Assembly (NCBI GenBank): GCA_038276285.1
Contig: JBBPZR010000030.1
Coordinates: 1-59,538 of the forward strand
DNA length: 59,538 bases
Direction of reading: 5' to 3'
Source: Mycobacteriales bacterium
Lineage (GTDB): Bacteria > Actinomycetota > Actinomycetes > Mycobacteriales > QHCA01
Each line of letters opens with the position of its first letter. Within the stretch, counting starts at the first letter, position 1. The position numbers were made by a program, and so were the translations under genes. A model generated the notes under the pieces. That model saw nothing but the letters and a program-made list of their open reading frames with translations, was not told the DNA's origin and made no database searches. Of the stretch, positions 31,959 through 41,784 are shown in pieces.

Positions 31959-33493
31959 TCCCCTACCTCCCGGTCCTCACGATCCTGCCGCTGGTCGGCG
32001 CGGGCGTCGTGCTCGCGCTGCCCTCGTCACGCCGGCAGCTCGCCAAGGTCGTGGCGCTGGGATTCTCGCTGATCGAGCTGGTGCTGGCGATCGTCATGTG
32101 CGCGAAGTTCGCCGCCGGGGGAGCCCGCTTCCAGTTCCTCGAGAGCTATTCCTGGATACCGCAGTTCGGGGTCCGCTTCGGCTTCGGGACCGACGGCATC
32201 GCCCTGGTGCTCATCGCGATGGTTGCTGTGCTCACCCCCGTCGTCGTGCTCGCCTCGTGGTACGACGCCGAGCCGGTCAAGCGGCCCGTCAAGACCTTCT
32301 TCGCCCTCCTGCTGTCACTCGAGACGTGCACCATGGGGGTCTTCTCGGCGACCGACCTCTTCCTGTTCTACGTCTTCTTCGAGGCGATGCTGGTCCCGAT
32401 GTACTTCCTGATCGGGTCCTACGGCGGCCCGCGCCGGCAGTACGCCGCCGTGAAGTTCTTCCTGTACTCCCTCGCCGGCGGCCTGCTCATGCTGGCCGCG
32501 GTGATCGCGCTGTACGTCATCGCCAAGAACCAGGGCGTCAACAGTTTCGCGTTCGGCGACCTCGTGGGGCTCAAGATCTCCGCCGGCACCGAGAAGTGGC
32601 TGTTCCTCGGCTTCTTCGTCGCCTTCGCCATCAAGGCGCCCCTGGTGCCTTTTCACACCTGGCTGCCCGACGCGGGCGCCGAAGCACCGATAGGCACGGC
32701 GGTGCTCCTCGTGGGCGTGCTCGACAAGGTGGGCACCTTCGGGTTTCTCCGGTGGTGCCTGCCGCTGTTCCCGCACGCCTCGACGTACTTCGCGCCGCTG
32801 GTGCTGGTCCTGGCCGTCGTCGGCGTGCTCTACGGCGCGCTGCTGGCGATGGGGCAGCACGATCTCAAGCGCTTCGTGGCCTACACCTCGGTCGCGCACT
32901 TCGGTTTCATCGCCCTTGGCATCTTCGCGTTCACCTCGCAGGGCGGATCGGGCGCCGTGCTCTACATGTTCAATCACGGCCTGTCCACCGGCGCGCTGTT
33001 CCTCATCGTCGGCTTCCTGATCAGCCGCCGCGGCAGCCGGCTCACCACCGACTTCGGGGGCATGGCCCGAGCCACGCCCCTGCTCTCCGGTGCTTTTCTG
33101 ATCGCCGGCCTCTCGGCGCTGGCGCTGCCGGGCACCAACAGCTTCGTCAGCGAGTTCCTGGTGCTGGTGGGCACCTTCTCCGTCAACAAGCCGATCGCGA
33201 TCATCGCGACGACGGGAATGATCCTGGCGGCGCTCTACGTATTGATCATTTACCAGCGCACGATGCACGGGCCGACCAACCCCACGCTGCCCCCGATGAA
33301 GGACATGAGCGCGCGCGAGGCGTGGGTGATCGCACCGGTGCTGGCGCTGGTCGTCGCCCTGGGCGTCTACCCCAAGCCACTACTCGACGTGATCACGCCC
33401 GCCGTCAACGCCACCATGCACGATGTGGGCAAGACCGATCCAATGCCGAGCGTCCCAGCGGCCGGCTCGAGGACTCAAGGAGGCAACAAGTGA
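31955..33493 (+). CDS. nuoM: NADH-quinone oxidoreductase subunit M
   Basis: ATG 31955 overlaps the nuoL stop. [20 protein letters not shown]. Confidence 0.93.
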   Translation: MIPYLPVLTILPLVGAGVVLALPSSRRQLAKVVALGFSLIELVLAIVMCAKFAAGGARFQFLESYSWIPQFGVRFGFGTDGIALVLIAMVAVLTPVVVLASWYDAEPVKRPVKTFFALLLSLETCTMGVFSATDLFLFYVFFEAMLVPMYFLIGSYGGPRRQYAAVKFFLYSLAGGLLMLAAVIALYVIAKNQGVNSFAFGDLVGLKISAGTEKWLFLGFFVAFAIKAPLVPFHTWLPDAGAEAPIGTAVLLVGVLDKVGTFGFLRWCLPLFPHASTYFAPLVLVLAVVGVLYGALLAMGQHDLKRFVAYTSVAHFGFIALGIFAFTSQGGSGAVLYMFNHGLSTGALFLIVGFLISRRGSRLTTDFGGMARATPLLSGAFLIAGLSALALPGTNSFVSEFLVLVGTFSVNKPIAIIATTGMILAALYVLIIYQRTMHGPTNPTLPPMKDMSAREAWVIAPVLALVVALGVYPKPLLDVITPAVNATMHDVGKTDPMPSVPAAGSRTQGGNK

Positions 33494-35061
33494 GCCCGGT
33501 GCCCGCGCTCGCCCTGTCGTCCTTGGGAGCCGGCGACTTCCAGGCGCCGCATGTTGCCTACGTCAACCTCTCGCCGATCCTGATCCTCTTCGGGGCGGCC
33601 TGCGTCGGAGTGCTGGTCGAGGCCTTCGTGCCGCGGGCCCACCGGCACCTGGTGCAGACCGCGGTCGCGCTGGCCGGGCTGCTGGCATCCCTCGTGGCGG
33701 TCATCATGGTGGCCGGTGCCGAGGAGACGACCGCGGCGGGCGCCGTGGCCATCGACGGGCCGGCGCTGTTCATCGAGGGCCTGCTGTCCGTGCTCGGCAT
33801 CGTCAGCGTGCTGATGCTGGCCGACCGGTCGGTCGACACCGGCGGGGGGTTCGTGGCCCAAGCCGCTGTCACGGCCGGCTCGCCCGCTGACCGGCGGCTG
33901 CGCACGGCGGCGTACTCCCAGACCGAGTCCTTCCCGCTGACCACCTTCGCGCTCTCCGGGATGATGCTGTTCTCGGCCGCTAACAACCTGCTGTTGATGT
34001 TCGTCGCGCTCGAGGTGCTCTCCCTCCCGCTGTATCTGCTCTGCGGCCTGGCCCGCCGCCGCCGGCTGCTCTCGCAGGAGGCGGCGGTGAAGTACTTCCT
34101 GCTCGGCGCCTTCGCGTCGGCGTTCTTCCTCTACGGCGTCGCCCTGCTGTACGGGTACGCCGGCAAGGTGCAGCTCCGGGAGATCTTCCGGGCCGCTCAG
34201 ACGTCATCCCACGACGACCTGCTGCTCTTCCTCGGCCTCGCTCTGCTGATCATCGGGCTGCTGTTCAAGGCCGGTATCGCGCCCTTCCACTCCTGGACGC
34301 CCGACGTCTACCAGGGCGCCCCGACACCGGTGAGCGCGCTGATGGCCGGCTGCACCAAGGTCGCGGCCTTTGGTGCGATCCTGCGGGTGCTGTACGTCGC
34401 CTTCGCCAACACCCGGTGGGACTGGCGGCCACTGGTGTGGGGCGTGGCCATCGTGTCTATGATCGTGGGCGCGATCCTCGCGGTGACCCAGACCGACGTG
34501 AAGCGACTGCTGGCCTATTCATCCATCGCCAACGCCGGCTTCATCATGGTCGGCGTCGTGGCGCTGACCAAGACCGGGATCTCGAGCACGCTGTTCTACC
34601 TCGTGGCGTACGGCTTCACGACCATCGGTGCGTTTGCGGTGGTCACGCTGGTGCGCGCTCCCGACGGCGAGGCGACCCATCTGTCGCAGTGGGCCGGCCT
34701 GGGCCAGCGCTCGCCAGTTGTGGCGGGGGTGTTCACCTTCTTCATGCTCGCCCTCGCCGGTATCCCGCTGACCAGCGGCTTCACCAGCAAGTTCGCGGTG
34801 TTCTCGGCCGCGGTCGACGGCGGAGCCACCCCGCTGGTGGTGATCGGCGTGATCGCGAGTGCCGTGCTGGCCTTCCCGTACCTTCGGGTCGTGGTGCTCA
34901 TGTATCTGTCCGAACCGGCCGAGACCGGGCCGTCCGTGGTCCTCCCCGGTGGCTTCACCTCCGCTGCGGTGACCCTCGGCGTGCTGGCCACCCTGATCTT
35001 GGGCGTTGCGCCGCAGCCGATGCTCGACCTTGCGACGAACGCGGCCAGGTTCGTCGGATAG
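33490..35061 (+). CDS. nuoN: NADH-quinone oxidoreductase subunit N
   Basis: GTG 33490 overlaps the nuoM stop. FKAGIAPFHSWTPDVYQGAPTPVSA. Confidence 0.92.
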   Translation: MSPVPALALSSLGAGDFQAPHVAYVNLSPILILFGAACVGVLVEAFVPRAHRHLVQTAVALAGLLASLVAVIMVAGAEETTAAGAVAIDGPALFIEGLLSVLGIVSVLMLADRSVDTGGGFVAQAAVTAGSPADRRLRTAAYSQTESFPLTTFALSGMMLFSAANNLLLMFVALEVLSLPLYLLCGLARRRRLLSQEAAVKYFLLGAFASAFFLYGVALLYGYAGKVQLREIFRAAQTSSHDDLLLFLGLALLIIGLLFKAGIAPFHSWTPDVYQGAPTPVSALMAGCTKVAAFGAILRVLYVAFANTRWDWRPLVWGVAIVSMIVGAILAVTQTDVKRLLAYSSIANAGFIMVGVVALTKTGISSTLFYLVAYGFTTIGAFAVVTLVRAPDGEATHLSQWAGLGQRSPVVAGVFTFFMLALAGIPLTSGFTSKFAVFSAAVDGGATPLVVIGVIASAVLAFPYLRVVVLMYLSEPAETGPSVVLPGGFTSAAVTLGVLATLILGVAPQPMLDLATNAARFVG

Positions 35062-35063
35062 CC

Positions 35064-36068
35064 ATGCCCGCTGGTGCGCACGGCCTCGCCGGGATCGCGT
35101 TCTCCGATCCCGAGCTCGAGGTCGCCGTCCGCACCGGGCTGGGCGCGGTGGAGGAGTTGCTGCTGGCCGCCGTGCACTCCGACGACTCGTTCGTCGCCGA
35201 GACCGCCCGTCACCTCGTCGAGGCCGGCGGCAAGCGATTCCGCCCGCTGGTGGTGTTGCTGGCGGCGGCGTTCGGCGACATTGCCGGTGCCGGGGTGACC
35301 TCGGCCGCGGTCGTCGTCGAACTCACCCACCTGGCCACGCTCTACCACGACGACGTGATGGACGAGGCCATCGTTCGCCGGGGCGCGGTGTCCGCCAACG
35401 CCCGATGGACGAACACCGTTGCGATCCTCACCGGCGACTTCCTCTTCGCCCGGGCGTCGGACCTGCTGGCCGACCTCGGCCCGGGTGCCGTGCGGATCCA
35501 GGCCCGCACCTTCGAGCGGCTGGTCCTCGGCCAGATCCACGAGACGGTCGGCGCGCCCGGCGGCGCCGATCAGGTGGCGCACTACCTCGGCGTGGTTGCG
35601 GAGAAGACCGGCTCCCTGATCGCGACGTCGGGCCGCTTCGGAGCGATGTTCGGCGGTGCCGACCCGGCTACGGTCGACGTGCTCTCTTCGTACGGTGAGG
35701 TCATCGGCGTCGCCTTCCAACTCTCCGACGACCTGCTCGACATCGCCTCCGAGGCCACCGAGTCGGGCAAGACACCGGGCACCGACCTGCGCGAGGGGGT
35801 GCCCACCCTGCCGGTGTTGTACGCGCTGGCGGCCGACGATCCCGCTGAGGCGCGGTTGCGCGAACTGATCGCGAAGCCGCTCGACGACGACACCCTGCAC
35901 GCCGAGGCGCTCGCCCTGTTGCGGCGCTCGCCGGCGATGGACCGAGCGCGGGAGACGTTGGTGGCGTACGCGACGCAGGCCCGCGACCTGCTGCGACCGT
36001 TGCCGCAGGTGCCCGCGCGGTCGGCTCTTGAATCGCTGGCGGATTTTGTGGTGGCACGTACCGGCTGA
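35064..36068 (+). CDS. Long-chain polyprenyl diphosphate synthase (menaquinone side chain)
   Basis: ATG 35064. Two DDxxD motifs (LYHDDVMDEA, QLSDDLLDI) and GKRFRP. Confidence 0.9.
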   Translation: MPAGAHGLAGIAFSDPELEVAVRTGLGAVEELLLAAVHSDDSFVAETARHLVEAGGKRFRPLVVLLAAAFGDIAGAGVTSAAVVVELTHLATLYHDDVMDEAIVRRGAVSANARWTNTVAILTGDFLFARASDLLADLGPGAVRIQARTFERLVLGQIHETVGAPGGADQVAHYLGVVAEKTGSLIATSGRFGAMFGGADPATVDVLSSYGEVIGVAFQLSDDLLDIASEATESGKTPGTDLREGVPTLPVLYALAADDPAEARLRELIAKPLDDDTLHAEALALLRRSPAMDRARETLVAYATQARDLLRPLPQVPARSALESLADFVVARTG

Positions 36069-36242
36069 CGATCCACATCTCACGCTTTCCGGCGCCCTAA
36101 GCGGGCGTGCCAGGTCTGCTGCCGCGAATTGCCCGATACCCTCTCTCTGCGCGCTTCCCGGATGAAACCATCGCTATCGGGGTACGTACGACGCGGCGCC
36201 CAAATTGCGGCTGCCTCGCTACGTCGCTCGTGGAGGAGGGTC

Positions 36243-38369
36243 ATGCATCGAAGGCACCGGTCGGTCAGGACGCGACTGTGCCTGCTCGTGCTCATTCCGG
36301 CGCTGGTGACCGCGCCATTTCTCGGGGTCGCGCGCGCCGTCGACGGCATCGGGCTGCGGGTCACCCTTGGTGTGCCGGCGGCGTTCACCCTCGGCCACGG
36401 CCAGGTGCCCGCCAGCCTGGCCTTGCTCAATCGGTCGATCCAGCTCGGCCCGCTCACCGTCACGCGGATCACCGTCAACCCTTCTTGCGGCGACGCCCTG
36501 TGCCAGCGCCCGGACCCCGGCGTGTTCCGGCTCTCGCGACATGCCACCGGCTCCGGCGGATGCGCCGGCCGGTCCTTCGACGTCGTGGGTCCGGACCGAC
36601 GTGGCGCATACGCGTTCAAGCCCTCGGCACTGGTTGTTCTGCGCCCGCCGCCCGCCGCCGGTCGCCTCTGCCGGATCGCCTTCGGCCTCGACGCGCTGAA
36701 GCCGCCGTCGATCGACGCCGATCCGTCCACCAACGGACTGCAGACCGTCACCGTGGCCACGGCCGGAGCGTTCAGTGAGCTGACGGGTAGCGGGAGGCCG
36801 GCCGGGGTGGACCGGCAGGCCGTGGTGACCACTGTGGCCAAAGCCGCCAGCGTGGTCACGGCGCACGCGTCTCGCGCCACGGCCATCGGCGGAGCGATCT
36901 CGGACACTGCCGTGGTCGCCGGCGGCTATCGCCCCACGGGGACCATGACGTTCCGGCTGTACGGGCCAGGCGACTCCACTTGCCTGCGTCCCCTGTCCAC
37001 CACCCCCACGCCGGTCGAGGGAATCGGCGTGTACCACTCCGGCCCGTTCGTCGCCACGACACCGGGCACCTATCGTTTCCTCGCGTCCTATTCCGGCGAT
37101 GCCAACAACCTCGCCGCCGCCGACAGCTGTACCGGCTCGGCGCAAGAGGTCCCCGTCATGGGGATCGCGCCGGCGTTGGCCGTGCGTTCTATCGGCGGCT
37201 CCGTCGTGGGCCAAGCTCTGGCTCTGGTCGGTGAGATAGCGGGCGGATTCCGTCCCACCGGGCGGCTGACCTTCCGCGTGTTCGGTCCGGGCGACCCCGG
37301 CTGTGCCGCCAGGCCGCTGTTCACCTCGGTCAGCTCGGTCTCAGGCCCCGGGGCCTATCGTTCCAGCGGGTTCGTGCCGACCGTTCCCGGCACCTATCAC
37401 TACACGGCGACCTATTCCGGCGACGCCAGCAACCCGGGTACAGCCGGCGACTGCACCACCGATGCCACGTTCACCAAGGCGGCGGTGAGCCTGCTGGGCC
37501 GGGTCACGGACACCGTCCCGGTCGGCGGCCCGGTCGCCTACCAGGCCATCCTGGCAAGGGGCCTCTCGCCGGGCGGTGCGCTGACCTTCACCTTCTACGG
37601 CCCCGGCGACTCCACCTGCGGCCAGCCGCCGGTGTTCCGGGTCACCCGGCCGGTCAGCGGCAACGGCGCCTACTCGGCGGCCTCGTTCAACCCGCTCATC
37701 GCCGGTGTCTACCGCTATGTCGTGTCCTTCTCCGGCGACCTCAGCAACGCGGCCGCGTCGGCCACTTGCCTGGGCGCGCGTCAGCTGATCGTGACCGCGG
37801 CCACCACCGTGCTGACCGAGCGAGCCGAGGGCGAGCCGGCCCTGGGCGGAGCGATCACCGACATGGCGACGCTGACGGGGTACGCGCCGACCGGCACGCT
37901 CACCTTCCGGTTGTACGGACCTGGTGACCCGATGTGCGCCACACAAGCACTGGCCACCTACACCAGCCCGGTCAAGGGAAACGGCAACTATGCCTCCGGT
38001 GCGTTCACGACCACAGCGGCGGGCAGTTACCGCTTCGTCGCCAGCTACTCCGGTGATCGCTCGAACCGGCCCGCTGCCGGCACCTGTGCCATCGGCGGTG
38101 GGCTCGTCGTCGGCGCGGCACGTGGGAATCACGCCGCCGGCGCCCCCCCGAAGCTGGCCAGGGCACTCCTGGGAAGCATCGCCGCCCTCCCGAAGACAGT
38201 GGTCGCTCTCGTCTCGCGTGCGCTCGATAACCCTGCCGCCGTCGGAGTGTGGAGCTTGGCGATTGTCATCGCCGCCCTACTGCTGGCATCGATCAGGCGG
38301 CAGCGCCGGGCACCGGTCGGCGGCCCGCGACACCGCAGGCCGGCGTCGCATGCTCGGCCGCCGATGTAG
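36243..38369 (+). CDS. Cell-surface protein with four Ig-like repeats and a C-terminal membrane anchor
   Basis: ATG 36243 follows GGAGGAGGG. Signal-like LCLLVLIPALVTAPFLGVARA. Four ~100-aa repeats with the pattern TF(R/T)(L/V/F)(Y/F)GPGD..C...(G.G.Y)...G.Y.(F/Y)..(Y/F)SGD..N.....C. C-terminal helix VWSLAIVIAALLLASI followed by RRQRR. Confidence 0.8.
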   Translation: MHRRHRSVRTRLCLLVLIPALVTAPFLGVARAVDGIGLRVTLGVPAAFTLGHGQVPASLALLNRSIQLGPLTVTRITVNPSCGDALCQRPDPGVFRLSRHATGSGGCAGRSFDVVGPDRRGAYAFKPSALVVLRPPPAAGRLCRIAFGLDALKPPSIDADPSTNGLQTVTVATAGAFSELTGSGRPAGVDRQAVVTTVAKAASVVTAHASRATAIGGAISDTAVVAGGYRPTGTMTFRLYGPGDSTCLRPLSTTPTPVEGIGVYHSGPFVATTPGTYRFLASYSGDANNLAAADSCTGSAQEVPVMGIAPALAVRSIGGSVVGQALALVGEIAGGFRPTGRLTFRVFGPGDPGCAARPLFTSVSSVSGPGAYRSSGFVPTVPGTYHYTATYSGDASNPGTAGDCTTDATFTKAAVSLLGRVTDTVPVGGPVAYQAILARGLSPGGALTFTFYGPGDSTCGQPPVFRVTRPVSGNGAYSAASFNPLIAGVYRYVVSFSGDLSNAAASATCLGARQLIVTAATTVLTERAEGEPALGGAITDMATLTGYAPTGTLTFRLYGPGDPMCATQALATYTSPVKGNGNYASGAFTTTAAGSYRFVASYSGDRSNRPAAGTCAIGGGLVVGAARGNHAAGAPPKLARALLGSIAALPKTVVALVSRALDNPAAVGVWSLAIVIAALLLASIRRQRRAPVGGPRHRRPASHARPPM

Positions 38370-38372
38370 CGG

Positions 38373-39308
38373 CTAGCTGACTGCGGGCTCCATCTCCACA
38401 GGCACCCGCTCTTGACGCCGGCGGTTGTGAAGCGTCTCAGCCGTGAGAACGCACAATGCCATCCACACCAGGATGAAGCCCACCAGCCGCCCGGCCGGCA
38501 TCGGTTCCCGGAGCACGAGCACGCCGATCAGGAATTGCAACACCGGCCCGAGGTACTGCAGCAGGCCGATCGTGGTCAGGGGCAGCCGCCGGGCGGCGGC
38601 TCCGAACAGCAGCAAGGGGATCGCGGTGACCAGCCCGGAGGAAATCAGCAGGGCGTCATGAGCCGGTGCGTCCATCCTGAACGTGCCACCGCCGATCAGC
38701 ACCAGATAAAGGACGGCGGGGACGAACAGCGCCGCCGTCTCGACCGTGAGGCTCTGCACGGTGTCCATCGAGATGACCTTCTTGATCAGGCCGTACATCG
38801 CGAAGGTGCCGGCCAACACCAGAGCGATCCAGGGCACCCGGCCGTAGTCCAGAGTGAGGATCACTACGGCCACCGCGCCGATGCCCAGCGCCACCCACTG
38901 CACGGGTCGCAGCCGCTCGTGCAGCACGACCACGCCCAGGACGACCGTCACCAGGGGATTGATGAAATAGCCCAGCGACGTCTCGACGACCTGGTGGGAG
39001 TTCACGCCGTAGATGTAGGTGGCCCAGTTGCCCGCGATAATGACCGAGGCGGCGACCAGCAGGGCCAGTCGGCGCGGCTGGCGGAGCAGCACCGGCATCC
39101 ACGCCCAGCGGCGCTGCACGGCGAGGATGACCAGCACGACCACGAGCGACCACGCGAAGCGGTGGGCGAGGATTTCCAGCGACCGGGCGGGCTTCAGCAA
39201 CGGCCAGTAGAGCGGGAACAGCCCCCACAACAGGTAGGCGGCCGCGCCAAGTCCGAGCCCGCGGCGGGATCGCGTCACTTCAGCGGCAACCCCGGGCGGC
39301 GGCGCCAT
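38373..39308 (-). CDS. rarD: EamA/RarD-family 10-TM transporter
   Basis: YLLWGLFPLYW, GNWATYIYGV, GYFINPL. The start is either ATG 39308 or ATG 39371. Confidence 0.85.
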   Translation of the reverse strand: MAPPPGVAAEVTRSRRGLGLGAAAYLLWGLFPLYWPLLKPARSLEILAHRFAWSLVVVLVILAVQRRWAWMPVLLRQPRRLALLVAASVIIAGNWATYIYGVNSHQVVETSLGYFINPLVTVVLGVVVLHERLRPVQWVALGIGAVAVVILTLDYGRVPWIALVLAGTFAMYGLIKKVISMDTVQSLTVETAALFVPAVLYLVLIGGGTFRMDAPAHDALLISSGLVTAIPLLLFGAAARRLPLTTIGLLQYLGPVLQFLIGVLVLREPMPAGRLVGFILVWMALCVLTAETLHNRRRQERVPVEMEPAVS

Positions 39309-39421
39309 TGTTCCCCGGCGGCGAGTGGGTGCGGAGCGAGGCCCATAATCGCGCCGTACGGGTGGATGCAATGAGCCGCGGTGAACCGGCTGCCCACCGG
39401 CTACGTGGTAACAGGCAGGAG

Positions 39422-39937
39422 GTGCGCGTGTCGAGCACAGAGCCGGAGCTGATGCGCGCGCTGCATGACAAGCACGCCGCGGCGGTGTGGTCCTACGCGC
39501 TGCGCCTCACCGGGGGCGATAGGGGGCGAGCCCAGGACGTGGTGCAGGAGACGCTGCTGCGAGCGTGGCGCCATCCCGAGGTGCTCGAGCCCGCTCACGG
39601 GTCGCAGCGCGCGTGGCTGTTCACCACCGCACGGCACATCGTCATCGACGAATGGCGGGCCCGGTCGGTCCGGCCCGAGGTGGTCACCGACGAGTTGCCG
39701 GAATTGCCCGGTCCGGACGGTATCGACGAGGCCATGCAGTCGTGGCTGGTCGCTGAGGCCCTTCAGCGGCTGACGCCGAATCACCGGTCGGTCCTCGTGG
39801 AGTGCTTCTACCGCGGCCGGACTGTGGTCGAGGCCGCCACCCAGCTCGGCGTACCGCCCGGCACGGTGAAGTCGCGCACGCACTATGCGCTGCGGAGCCT
39901 GCGGCTGGTGTTGCAGGAGATGGGGGTGACGCCGTGA
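39422..39937 (+). CDS. ECF-type RNA polymerase sigma factor
   Basis: Region 2 DVVQETLLRAWRH and region 4 GTVKSRTHYALRSLR. GTG 39422/39428 follows AGGCAGGAGG, so the start is uncertain. Confidence 0.88.
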   Translation: MRVSSTEPELMRALHDKHAAAVWSYALRLTGGDRGRAQDVVQETLLRAWRHPEVLEPAHGSQRAWLFTTARHIVIDEWRARSVRPEVVTDELPELPGPDGIDEAMQSWLVAEALQRLTPNHRSVLVECFYRGRTVVEAATQLGVPPGTVKSRTHYALRSLRLVLQEMGVTP

Positions 39938-40605
39938 CGTGCCCGTGGGTTCGCGAGGACGGCGCGTACCTCCTCGGTGCGCTGTCAGCCGACGAGCGGC
40001 ATGCGTACGAAGAGCACATTGCCGGCTGCGCCTCCTGTGCGGCCGCACTGGCCGAGGTCGCGGGCCTGCCTGGCCTGCTGAGCCGGCTGCCGCCCGAGGC
40101 GGTAGAGGCGGTCAAGGCGGTCGGATCATCGACTCCGCCACTCCCGGCCGACCTGTTGCCGACCCTGCTCGTCGCGGTGCGGTCCGAACGCGGTCGATCG
40201 CGCCGCCGGCTTCGGGTGGCGTCGGCCCTGGCGACCGCGGCCGCCGCGGTCGCTGTCGTGCTGCTGGTGCCGGTGCTGACCCCTTCGTCACGCCAGCCGT
40301 CGCAGGTAGCGCTAGCCCGCGTGGGCCAGGTGCCCATCTCGGCAACCGCGGCGCTGGTCGACAAGACGTGGGGCACCCAGATCGAGCTGCGCTGCACCTA
40401 CACCGGCTCCACGCAGTACTCCCCGGACAGTTACTTCCTGGTGGCCACCGACCGCACCGGCCACAGCGAGCAGGTCGCCACCTGGCGAGTGATATCCGGC
40501 AAGCAGATCAAGATCACGGCGGCCACCGCGCTGCACAAGTCCGACCTGGCCGAACTAGAGGTACGCACCCCGACCGGCGTACCAGTCCTGCGACTGCGCA
40601 CCTGA
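39934..40605 (+). CDS. Zinc-binding (HxxxCxxC) membrane anti-sigma factor
   Basis: GTG 39934 overlaps the sigma stop (GTGA). EEHIAGCASC, one TM (ALATAAAAVAVVLLVPVL), extracytoplasmic C-terminal domain. Confidence 0.85.
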   Translation: MTCPWVREDGAYLLGALSADERHAYEEHIAGCASCAAALAEVAGLPGLLSRLPPEAVEAVKAVGSSTPPLPADLLPTLLVAVRSERGRSRRRLRVASALATAAAAVAVVLLVPVLTPSSRQPSQVALARVGQVPISATAALVDKTWGTQIELRCTYTGSTQYSPDSYFLVATDRTGHSEQVATWRVISGKQIKITAATALHKSDLAELEVRTPTGVPVLRLRT

Positions 40606-40722
40606 CCGCCGCGGCTCGCCGGCCCTGCCTTCGCGATTTCCGGGAAAACGCGGCTTCCGGCTGCCGGGAAGTGACGATTTCCCGGAAATTGCTGCGCAGC
40701 TGACCGCCGCGGCTCACCGGCC
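40594..40722. repeat. Hairpin element flanked by 31-bp direct repeats (29/31)
   Basis: Direct repeats at 40594-40624 and 40692-40722; the first contains the anti-sigma stop codon. Inside is a perfect 12-bp inverted repeat ATTTCCGGGAAA (40636-47) / TTTCCCGGAAAT (40678-89). Confidence 0.9.
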
Positions 40723-40728
40723 GCAGGC

Positions 40729-41784
40729 TCAGACGCCGACGGTCCAGGGGTCCTTGCCGCGCAACAGGTCCTGAAGGTCGGCCGCCGAGGCCGCCTGCGC
40801 CGTCTCGATCTGACCGGCCATCAGCTGGTCGTAGGTCGGCCGCTGGACCGCCCGGAATACCCCGATGGCCGTGCGCGCCAGCGACGTGTCGGCCAGCCGG
40901 GACAGCGCGAAGGCCAGGTCGGGATTCTCGGCGTGCGCGTCGTGCACCAGAATCGCGTCCTCGCCGACCGCGGCGACCTCGACCGGCTGGAGCGTGGCGT
41001 CGGGAGCCCGGAAGATGCCCTTCTCGAGATCCTTGCCGAAGCGGATCGGCTGGCCGTGCGCGAGCCGGATCGTGTAGTCGTCGCGGGTCGCCGGATCCTT
41101 CAGAGGCTCGAAGGCATCGTCGTTGAAGATGTTGCAGTTCTGGTAGATCTCCACCAGGGCGGTGCCGTTGTGCTCGGCGACCGCCCGCAGCACGGACGTC
41201 AGGTGCTTGCGGTCGGAGTCGATGGTCCGGGCCACGAAGGTCGCCTCGGCACCGAGCGCCAGTGACACCGGGTTGAAGGGGTAGTCCAGCGACCCCATGG
41301 GCGTCGACTTGGTGATCTTGCCGAGCTCCGAGGTGGGAGAGTACTGGCCCTTGGTCAGCCCGTAGATCCGGTTGTTGAAGAGCAGGATCTTGAGGTTCAC
41401 ATTGCGCCGCAGCGCGTGGATGAGGTGGTTGCCGCCGATCGAGAGCGCATCGCCGTCGCCGGTGACCACCCAAACCGACAGATCGGGTCGCGATACCGAG
41501 AGGCCGGTGGCGATCGCCGGCGCCCGGCCGTGGATCGAGTGCATGCCATAGGTGTTCATGTAGTACGGGAACCGCGACGAGCAGCCGATGCCCGAGACGA
41601 AGACGATGTTTTCCCGGCACAGGCCCAGCTCGGGCAGGAAGCCTTGCACGGCGGCCAGGATCGCGTAGTCGCCGCAGCCCGGGCACCAGCGGACCTCCTG
41701 GTCGGTCTTGAAGTCCTTGGCCTTCTGCGCGGCGTCGCTCTTGGGCACCAGGCGCAGGGACTCCGCGTCGATCAACTCAGACAT
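40729..41784 (-). CDS. korB: 2-oxoglutarate:ferredoxin oxidoreductase, beta subunit
   Basis: RWCPGCGDYAIL; TPP motif VVTGDGDALSIGGNHLIHALRRN. Confidence 0.92.
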   Translation of the reverse strand: MSELIDAESLRLVPKSDAAQKAKDFKTDQEVRWCPGCGDYAILAAVQGFLPELGLCRENIVFVSGIGCSSRFPYYMNTYGMHSIHGRAPAIATGLSVSRPDLSVWVVTGDGDALSIGGNHLIHALRRNVNLKILLFNNRIYGLTKGQYSPTSELGKITKSTPMGSLDYPFNPVSLALGAEATFVARTIDSDRKHLTSVLRAVAEHNGTALVEIYQNCNIFNDDAFEPLKDPATRDDYTIRLAHGQPIRFGKDLEKGIFRAPDATLQPVEVAAVGEDAILVHDAHAENPDLAFALSRLADTSLARTAIGVFRAVQRPTYDQLMAGQIETAQAASAADLQDLLRGKDPWTVGV

